Assembly (NCBI RefSeq): GCF_009834535.1 | Contig: NC_045696.1 | Span: forward strand, 70,062,001 to 70,126,000 | Length of the DNA: 64,000 bases | Direction of reading: 5' to 3' | Origin: Camelus ferus | Taxonomy: Eukaryota | Shown: positions 54,458 to 64,000 of the stretch, in pieces | How positions within the stretch are numbered: the stretch's first letter is position 1 | Layout: each line of letters opens with the position of its first letter | Program-made: the position numbers and the translations under genes | Notes under the pieces: generated by a model | Seen by the model: only the letters and a program-made list of their open reading frames with translations | The model's database searches: none | Told to the model about the DNA's origin: nothing

Positions 54458-54574
54458 TTGATGAGCTCCTTTTCCCGCATTTCCAGCTGCAGCATGATGG
54501 CACTCAATTCCATGTACAAATTATTAGCCCGCTCAAGTTTTCTCTCGTAGTGTTCACGAATATCCAAAGCATGC
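54458..54574 (-). CDS. MAP3K13: MAP3K13 exon 9 (second leucine zipper)
   Basis: gacag| ... |gtacgt, 117 nt; [38 protein letters not shown](K). Confidence 0.97.
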
Positions 54575-55348
54575 CTGTCAAAGAAAACAGGAGCAGCGAA
54601 GTCGATTAACCCAGTTAACGTGGGGGAGAACTAAGGTCAGCTCTAATTAAAGAAGAACAGGACGGTTTATCTTAAAAGCATTTGCCCAAGGGCACTCTAA
54701 ATTTAAGACCCTCTTGTCTAATGCAATGCCTCAGGCATGATGGAGTGTGAGATGGGAAATCCAAGTTTTCCACTTAGTTTTTCATTAAGGGCCACATTCA
54801 GCCATTCAGAACAGCCATGAGGGTCCACAGATGAAATCTGAATGCAATTTGTATATAATTTATAGCCTTTGTGCAGTGCTGGCAATATCTTAATAAGAAC
54901 ACAGTTTAGTACACTCATATATTAGGGGAATTATGCAATTAAAGCTGACACCACAATCACTCATATCGTACAGATCCTGTCTAAAATAGTAGTTCTCTCT
55001 GAACATGTGTTCTATCCCTTGACAGATTATAAGCATCTTGAGGCCAGGGACTATATCTTATAAATTTCTGACCTTTCATACTACCTAGGACAGCGGCTGA
55101 ATAAACAAATAGCATTGCTCCACGGCCCTCTGTTGCAGAGATATAACAAAGGAGGATAACAAGGTCGGGGGAGACAGTAAGAAAGTGATATAAAGGAGGA
55201 CCAACTTTTAGGGCAACTTTTAAAGAGAATAACAAAAACCAGCAGCGGTGAAAGGTCTGTAGAAAGTGAAATGATTCACAAAGAGGGTTCCTGCTAATAT
55301 CTGAAAATCTGGGAATAAAAAGAGGTGAAGAAACAGAGATCAGCTGAC

Positions 55349-55458
55349 CTGAGCTCTTCTCTGCGCCTTCGAATCAGTTCTTCGTCTAATCGATGTATAC
55401 AAGTTCCTTCACTTTTGATCTTCTCAAAGTGTTTTTTCACTTCTTCTCTCCATTCAGC
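55349..55458 (-). CDS. MAP3K13: MAP3K13 exon 8 (first leucine zipper region)
   Basis: cccag| ... |gtcagc, 110 nt; [36 protein letters not shown](R). Confidence 0.97.
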
Positions 55459-56808
55459 CTGGGTGATGACAAATCAGATTTTGTTACTACTCTAGGAGTT
55501 TTTAATCCCTGATACAACCATAGGGTCATGTACAAGATTTCCCCTTTTGTACATGAAACTTGTAGAATAGATGTTCAATAAATATTAGTTGGTAGCAAAA
55601 TGTCTCATGCTAGTGTATCCGCACATTCCACCCCATACCTCACCCCATTTTCTGTATTTAGTCCAATATTTGATGCTGTCTTTCCCAATTTTCTGCAGTA
55701 CTGGTCACAAGACACACCACAGCTGGCATACTAGCAATCATCTCCAGAACAAAAGAGCTCAATTTTAAGTCAAGATGGTGGCTGAGACAGCCTGGTCAGA
55801 GAGAACAGCTCTGCTAACCACATGGTACATGCATATGTCAGTGAGCATATGATCATCTTCACATGGGACCAGAATTCCTCCTAGGCTTTGTTTATGAAGA
55901 TATCTTGAGAAAATATCTGGAGTAGAAGATCCAAGGGGCATGAACAGCAGGAGATGGGAATAAAAATATGGGGACTTACACAGGAATATGGGGGTGAGGG
56001 CAAGGACAGAAAAAAGACGAGGAGGAGAAAGGTCATGGCCAAACAACTTAGCAGTTGGACAAAAATTTTAGGAGAGGATGGATATCTAATATATAATTAA
56101 GCTGTTCGAAATGTAAGCCTCTTCCAATTTCCTAAACCTTCAGTAAAGTTTCTGACATTCACCTTGATGTTGGATGAGTGTTTTTATTTGTTTGTTTGTT
56201 TTTTAAATCAAGGAAAGGTGAGGAACTTCATATTTAGGTCAATGACAGGACAAAGATAAAGAAGCAACCACCAGATGCCAGGGATGAGGGTGGGGAGCAA
56301 GAATTTTAGGAAAGCAGGGCCAGAATGTCCATGAAATTATAAACCTCCCAGGAATTCATGGAAGTGTTAAAAAGGACATTGGCCTTTCCATAAGCATGGA
56401 ATTTCAGACCAATTTTAACTATGTTTTAGGAGGTAGGAAAGTCTCTGCAGACATATAGTCTATAGGTCATTTCTAAAGAAACAGCTAAAGGAGCTGCTTC
56501 TTCAAATTATGTATACACTACCATTCCAAGAAGCTAACAAATTTATCTAAGAAAAATCTCCAGTTTAGACTAGATATGTAGCTAAATGTTTCTTTTTTTA
56601 ATCATCTTCTTCTAGAGCTATTCTATTACTTTTAGATTCATGTTAAAAATGATCTCTCTAAATCAAGGAAAAAGTTATGGTTAAGTAATTGTAAAATTAC
56701 AGAAGTTTTCTCCCCAGATTTGCTGTTTCTCATTTATTTTTATGGAGGAAATTATATTGCAATTATTTAGAAAGTAGTTATCCTGCAAATCTGTTTATAA
56801 TATGTTAG

Positions 56809-56820
56809 ATCAATCAATCA

Positions 56821-56862
<42 letters not shown>
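56809..56862. repeat. Tetranucleotide STR (ATCA)3(ATCT)10
   Basis: Read directly. Confidence 0.97.
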
Positions 56863-58359
56863 AGACTGACCATTGGCGAGAGATTTCCGTGAGTCAACTT
56901 TCAGGCACCAAACCTGCCAAACAATGTCATCAGAAAGTCAAGATCTAGAATGCTCTGCCCATTGTTTGGTTAACAGTCTTTGACCGTATCTAAGCAGTAA
57001 ATGTAGGTTTGGTTGAACCCCAGGTAATATTGTTCTCTCAGCCATCAGATCAAAGTCATGAAGTAGGAAGAGCATTTGAGCTTTAGGAGGCCAAAGACTG
57101 ACAATTAAGAGCAGCTGGACCTAAAAGGGTAAGGGAGAGCCCTAAATGTGGGCCTTAAAGCATCTTATTTCGTGAAAAACGTCACTGGATCCAAGTCCAA
57201 TGCCTTAAGAAGGGACCAGGAAAAGGAATACCTCCCTCTGGTGGTGAGGAATTGATATCACAGATCAGATTTTGTAAATTCTAGAGGAAATAAACCTCTT
57301 AACATCTAGTTTATGGGCATGTGAAACCTAAAGAGAACCTTCTGAAGATTCAAACTTATTAAGAAAGCATATTTCCCAAAAGAAGTTCCCTCCTATAAGG
57401 AGGGAACAGGATGTGTGGGAAAACACCAGGTACTGATTAATAATGTGTTTTCCCCAAAGGTATCATGTTGCAGGTAGATATTAATAGTTCTGTCACAGAT
57501 ACTTAGAATCTTTATATAATAGGTGTTCCAATTTGCACTTAATCTGCAATTTAGACATGTCTAGGCAGATCTGAAGAAATGGAGGGTGGGCAGGCTGAAG
57601 CCAATTTGCATAGAGATTAAGGAGTCTCTGAGAGAAAACACCAGGGAAGGGGGAGTCCTGTGTGATCTTGACCTGTAACAAAGCCACCAACATAAGGAGT
57701 GCAGAGGCATTTCTCATTGTTTCACTGAAATACCTGTAAAACCTTGGGCCATAGCCAGCACTACTTGTGACCTTTAACAAAATATAACTCAACAGGGAAA
57801 GGAATAATTCATTGCATAAACAGAACAATGCACAACTTTGGTATCTTGAGAAGTCCAGAGCTTCAGTTAAAGCAAAAATCAGTAGCTCCTGGTGAGTGAT
57901 GGTAGTGCCTTAAGGATACACAGCATCAACAGATGCCAGCTGGGGACTACAGTCTTTTAGCAGAAAAGTGTTAACCAATAAAGTAATGTCCAGCAGAAGC
58001 TAGGTGGAAGATTGCTGTTCCAGCCAAAGTCAGTGGAAAGCAGGGCAGACGTTAATATGAGGCTATCTGAGAGCCCCACTCCTCACTGAGGATTTCTGCA
58101 AAATGCATGTGGCGGGTGGAGGGAGGGAGAAGGTACTAAAGTCTTGTGTAAGCAGATAAAAAAAAGATACAGTGACACTTGGGTTATTACCATGAATGGG
58201 ATCCTCTTTATATCCCAGATAAGGCCTGGGGAAGGCTGTAACATTAGAAGGTTTCTGTCTTCTCCAGTCTCTCAGTTATTCAGTCAACAGACTGAAGTTC
58301 TTGTACCCAAACTTTGTTTCTCTCCCGTCCCATAATATAGGTGTCAAAATGAAGTTGAA

Positions 58360-58780
58360 CTAAGAGATGAATGGATAAATAAAATGGGGTATAGCCTTAC
58401 AACAGAATATTATTCAGCCATAAAAAGGAATGAAGTTCTGACCCATGCGACAACAGAGATGAACCTTAAAAATATGCTAAGTGCAACAAACCAGACACAA
58501 AAAGACAACTAGTGACAACAACTGTATGATTCTACTTCAATGAAATATCTAGACTAGGCCAAATTGTTTGAGACAGAAAGTAGAACAGAGATTTACCAGG
58601 GGCTGTGGGGAAGACAGAATGGGAAGTTACTGCTTAATGAGGTAATGAAAAATTTTGAAAACAGACAGTGGTGACAGTTTTACAACACTGTGAAGGAAAT
58701 TTATGCCACTGAATTTTACATTTAAAAATGGTTAAGATGTAAATATGAATATTTTACCACAATTTTTATAAAGTAAAAAA
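58360..58780 (+). mobile_element. L1MB-like 3' end fragment
   Basis: gatgaatggataaataaaatg...tattattcagccataaaaaggaatgaagt...gccactgaattttacatttaaaaatggttaa. Confidence 0.8.
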
Positions 58781-61557
58781 AGAAGTTGAGCCAGTTCCAG
58801 CCTCACTTGAGGAACAGAGAAGCAGGATGCTGAGGGGCCAAGTAGTGGGAAATCACAGGTTCTGGCCAGAGAGGCCCTAGAGGTTGACAAGGCCAACTCC
58901 TGATTGGCACATGAGTCCTCTTCACTGCCTCCCCACGTCAGGGCCCAGCCTGGGCCTAGCGCCTACTTGTTCATGATGACATTACTCTTTAGGGAGAAGA
59001 GTCTATCCCTATAGTGAACTATGTGTCTCTGCAACTGCCAGCCTCTGAGTTTCTGGGTGGTCCCAGTGGTACTCAAAAGGAAACCAGAATGGGACAAGGG
59101 CAGAGGGTTGTGGAGGAGCTCAGAAGCAGGGCACATGACCACCTAGCCGCTGGGATCTGGGTCCAGGCTAAAATGTTTTTTAAAGACTTATATCAAATGG
59201 AATTGAAAACCAGGAGCAATAATTGCCTACTTGGAGAAATGGGTTATTGTCTAGGAATGAAGAAATAGCTTTGGCAGAATCTAATATTGTGCTGAAATTG
59301 GTTGCTTTGTTCATCTGTTCTATATATGCTGCTTCTTTATACATGTGCTGTGGATGAGAAACAGATGAAGCATCTTCTCTCAGGATGGAGTCAGCTGGGC
59401 TCTTGGCAGCTCTCTTGACTGACAGTTCTGGGGGAAGGTGGCGACCAGCAGCTGACAACCAGCAGCTGACAACCATTGATTGACGGCTGATGCAGAGAGG
59501 ATTTTGTGAGTGGGCAGGATGCAAAACCACAGGTACAAGAATGCTATCAAAAAGCAAAACTATGTCCTAAACAATCAGTTCTTGCCCACTGGGAGAGGAT
59601 AAAGTCAAAACACAATTAATAGGCGTTCCCTAGCTGCCATCTTATCCATCTCAGGAGTTCATCAGAAAAAGCATCCAGAGTGTAATAACCCAAAGGAGGC
59701 TTAATTTTGATAGCTTTGTGGGAGGTGAATAATAACATCTTACAATCAAACAGTTCTTTACAGTTCACAATGCACTTGCATTTTTATTTTTATTTTTATT
59801 TTATTTGATCCTCACCAAAACTGCACAAAGAAGAGAAGACATGATTCTCTTCATTGTTTAGATGTGTAAGCTGAGGTTTCGGGAAATTCAGTGACTTATT
59901 CCAAGACCACAGGACAGGGGCTTAGGTTCAAATCTGTTACTTTTCCAGTGTATCCCTCGTTAGTTTATAAATACTCTATTACCATGAGCCAGAGACAAAT
60001 CAGTCTGTAAATAACTGAAAAATTCTAGAACTAGCAAAGGTAGCAGATTTTGAGCTATTTAAGGAGAGGTAAAATTTCATGCTGGGAGAAAAACGTGGAG
60101 GAATTTATGAATACTGAAAGAGTCCAATGCACGAAGTTCTTCCCTTCCATTCTTCCCCCTCCCCTTCCTCTCCTTTTCATATTTTTGCTCTAAGAGAACC
60201 TTTTCTGAGTTCAATGTTAATGCTGCATGCATTAATAAAAGTGAGTTTGTACACGTGAGGATACCAACTGTGGGTCCTTAGTTGTACTACACAGTGCTGT
60301 GCATATGGTGGGTACTCAGAAAGTGTGGCACTGGCCGAGAAGTGATACTGTGGAAGCATTCAACTAAAATCTGATGTTTTCCAAGTATATACAGTTATAC
60401 TCTCAATGGCTTGTGACTTAATACTCTCACTAAAGACTGCTTTTCAAAGTTGTGGTACATACAGTTTTATTGTAAAGGAAGCAAAGCTGTGACTGTAACC
60501 ATATTGTAAAGTTTGAAAACATTCCTGGAGAGTACTCACTGTTATTCTCTTTCATTTCACAAAAGGGTCTAAGTCTTTTTCTGAATACTGATAGAAGAAA
60601 ATATCTGAAAGATTTCTTATCCAGTAACCAATACCTACATGTACTTGTATGGATAGGCAATAGTTTTAACAGTTCTAAGGGAATTAATTTACCTGAGTAC
60701 ATATGAAAGAACATAGGAAATGTCATGAAGTTAGCCTCTTATTTTCTCTAAGATCGAACACTTTACTTATATAATAATTCCTCAGAAAACCCAAAAAACT
60801 ACAGGGGCAAGCCAGGCTATTTAAAGACACACAGTGGGGAGAGCTAAGTTTGTGGGTTGTAGAGAGCGTGTTAGAACTTCGGGCAACAGGGTAAAAGTCT
60901 CTGATTTATCATTCCTTAGAAACTGCAAAAATCCCTGTGCTTTAATTAAGATATTCTCTGCTGTCTGATGAGTGGAGTGTCTCTGTTTATCAAACACCAG
61001 AGAAGCACGTACTCCATGTACTCTGGATGGGCCAGGTAATAAAGCACATTGGAGGACTTGTTTAACTCCCTGGGATGATGCCCCGCCCAGTCCAGTTTGC
61101 TTCGAAGGCATACTTTTCTGGTAGGTAAACTCATCACCCATTAGCGATGGGGGGCTATTAGGAGTAAACCGAGACACTAATTGGTAATAAAATGTCTTCT
61201 CTAAGAATGAACCTACTGGAAGTCAATGAAGAGATAGAATTTGTCTTGTGAAAATTCATTTTGGAAAGTAAGACAAAGCCATATAAGAAGAAATTGGGTA
61301 ATACTATGGTTAAGTTCTACAAGCATAAAGGTATAATTAACAATCATCATATTTATTTCCAAAGCCATAGTTTCATCCTATTTTTACTTCTTTTGCCATT
61401 GCCTGGGTCTGATTAGGGTAAGGACCTAATGTATACTGATCCCCCACAACTCCCTATCCAATATTGATAGTGGTTAGAGCATCAATCCTTATGCCATTTA
61501 CAGCATTTTTATTTAATAGTCACAAATTTATCCCCAACTCACCAATTGCCTTATAAT

Positions 61558-62016
61558 GTGTGGTGGCAGATTCTCTTGTCAAGAGGTAAAGTCTGTTTCT
61601 CAATCTGGGCTAGCCTGTGAGTTGCACTGGCCAATGAGACCTTAGCAGGCATGATGCACGCACAGGCTAGAAAATCACCTGTGCACTGGGGCCTGCTCTC
61701 TTGCTGCATGCTACCCTGAGAAGGCCACGTGGACAAGCCCAAGTTAGCCTGCTGAAGGGTAAGAGGCCACGTGGAGGAGAATCGAGGTGCCCTAGCTAAG
61801 AGCCAGCCAATAGCTGGATTTGTGAATAAGGCCATCTGGAACCAGCTAGCCTCTGAGTCAACCTGGCAACTGACTGCAGACGTGAGTGAGCCCAGTCAAA
61901 GCTAGCTGAAGAATCACCCAGAACAAACTACCAACCCACAGAATCGTGAGCTAAACGACAGCTTATTGTTTTAAGCCATAAATTTTGGGATGGTAACACA
62001 GTAAAGGCTAACGTAC
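61558..62016 (+). mobile_element. MLT1 (ERVL-MaLR) solo LTR, MLT1E/F/G-like
   Basis: tgtggcaga start, ggccacgtggaggagaa...gactgcagacgtgagtgagcccag...ttgttttaagcca, ends ...ctaacgtaca. Confidence 0.7.
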
Positions 62017-62214
62017 ATTAAATTCTATTTCATTTGGTGCCACTAGGCAACTCAAAGTGAGAGAAAAAGTTCTCTCTGGGTCTAATTCTGTCATGAGCTC
62101 TCTTTGGTATTTAACTTCCTTCCTTTGTACTTTAGCTTTTCTAACTTTAAGGAAAGCAGTATTTTCCTGAAGGTCAGCAGTAATTCTAATTCAAATGTAT
62201 GTACACTACAGTTT

Positions 62215-62579
62215 TCTTTTTTTTAAAAATTCTTTTCCACTATAGTTTCTTACAAGATATTGAATATAATTCCCTGCACTACACAGTAGGACTTTGTTGT
62301 TTATTTTATACATAGTAGCTTGCAGCTGCCAATTCCAAACTTCTGATTTATCCCTCCCCTCTCCCCCACTTTCCCCTTTGGTAACCACAAGTTTGCCTTC
62401 TAAGTCTGCGAGTCTGTTTCTGTTTTGTAAATAACTTTTTAGATTCCACATAAAAGTGATATCATGTGATATTTGTCTTTCTCTGCCTGTCTGACTTCAC
62501 TTAGTATGATAATCTCTAGGTCCATCCATGTTGCTACAAATGGCATTATTTCATGGTTTTTTATGGCTAACTAGTATAC

Positions 62580-62635
<56 letters not shown>

Positions 62636-62860
62636 TATGTATATATGTATATCACAACTTCTTTATCCAGTCATCTGTTGATGGCCATTTAGATTGCTTC
62701 CAAGTTTTGGCTATTGCAAATAGTGCTGCTATGAACACTGGGGTACATGTATCTTTTCAAATGAGAGTTTTCTCCGGATACATGCCCAGAAGTAGGATGG
62801 CTGGATCATGTGATAACTCTACTTAGTTTTCTAAGGAACCTCCATCCTGCTTTTCCACTA
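62215..62860 (-). mobile_element. L1 3' region (sense to MAP3K13) containing a (TG)n microsatellite at about 62583-62632
   Basis: Same L1 3'UTR family motifs as 12960-13630 (ccctttggtaaccac/taagtttg; gctatgaacactggggtacatgtatctttt). Confidence 0.85.
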
Positions 62861-63142
62861 CAGTTTTCATATCCTCTTTTCCTCTTCTCTTCAACAATTT
62901 CACCAGAACCCGCTATGAAGATGACATTTTGATACATGTTATTTTCATGTAAGAGAATAATATATTCCAAGTGCTTAAAAACCTCCAAAATGTTGTATGT
63001 GTGAGGTGTCATTATTGCTTCACAATGAATAGTTACATAATTGTTATAAGAATCAGAATACCCTCTTCCAGGAGTTATTCCTTCTCACTGAGAGTTTCCT
63101 GTCTGTCTGTTCAGTAGCACCTGGAAGAGTTTCCAGACTTAC

Positions 63143-63251
63143 CTGCGACTTGAAGTAAGTTTCCTGTGGGGTGGCAAGTACATCTGCAGACGCGATGTCT
63201 AAATGCATGAGTGTCTGCCGAAAAGAAGGTCGGTTGCGAGGTTTACTCTGC
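63143..63251 (-). CDS. MAP3K13: MAP3K13 exon 7 (end of kinase domain)
   Basis: cttag| ... |gtaagt, 109 nt; [36 protein letters not shown]. Confidence 0.97.
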
Positions 63252-63859
63252 CTAAGAGTAAAAAAAAATAGCTCGTGCACTTTAGAAGTTGTGTCTGGGA
63301 GGATAAAGATTTTATTCTACTTTATAAAAGACATTTTTGACTCCATGCGTGGCTATATCTCAGGCAGTTTTGATGTACTGAAGAGCAAAAGGAAACTGTA
63401 AGTATGAGGTACCTCTGATGATGAACTGGAAATCTCTAGGATCAGTGACCTGTTTGATAATAATGATCCCTTAGGACTGGTGAAGTAATGATAGCTATAA
63501 TTTATAATATTTATAATTTATAATTTAGCTTACTGCTTCCAGATATCATACCAAATGCCTTCCTTATAATTTTTAACTACTTATAAGACAGCAACTTTTA
63601 GTAGGTGGTATCCCCATTTTACAGATGAGAAAACTGATACTTGAGCAACATGCCCAAAATTACACAGATGGAAAAGAGCAGAGCTAGTATTGGAATCCAA
63701 GGTTCTCAAATTCCAAGGCTCCTAGACTCTACACAAAGTAAGGCTATTCACTCCAAATATACATTAGAGATTTCCCTGCAGTTTTAAATATGGATAGAGA
63801 AGTTTTAAACATGGTTCTGAGGAAAAAGGTAAAAGAGAACACTGAAACATATTTCTCAC

Positions 63860-64000
63860 CATGTCTGCTTCATAAGGATTTTGAATCCATCAGGGCAAGT
63901 GGAAGGAACTGGAAGGTGTAGGCTATTGCTTCCAACACCCCAAATAATGGCTGAAGAGTCTACATCTTTGTATGGGATCTCTCCTGTCAGCAGCTCCCAA
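63860..64000 (-). CDS. MAP3K13: MAP3K13 exon 6, partial (kinase subdomains IX-XI; runs off the window edge)
   Basis: [46 protein letters not shown](W); donor |gtgag. Confidence 0.96.

Overview
Mammalian intron/exon DNA, not microbial. The window covers the conserved LIPH-TMEM41A-MAP3K13 neighbourhood (syntenic with human 3q27). It holds the last 7 coding exons of LIPH (+), the complete 5-exon TMEM41A (+, 264 aa, with a CpG-island promoter), and the last 9 coding exons of MAP3K13/LZK (-, the first cut by the window edge), which converges tail-to-tail on TMEM41A. All exon boundaries were read directly (GT-AG, consistent phases, no internal stops), and all three genes look intact. Three tRNA-derived SINEs resembling Vic-1 suggest a camelid (inference). 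The rest is typical repeat-laden intron: nested L1s, MIR, hAT/MER, MLT1 LTRs and microsatellites. I found no convincing undescribed biological system. The best leads are a CpG-rich putative retrocopy of an unidentified transcript in LIPH intron 8, overlapping convergent poly(A) signals of TMEM41A and MAP3K13, a (UG)15(AG)15 tract just upstream of MAP3K13 exon 12, a poly(A)-only insertion with a target-site duplication (TSD), and two unusually similar MIR copies around LIPH exons 6-7. Exon numbers follow the human genes from memory, and repeat subfamily names are by eye and approximate.
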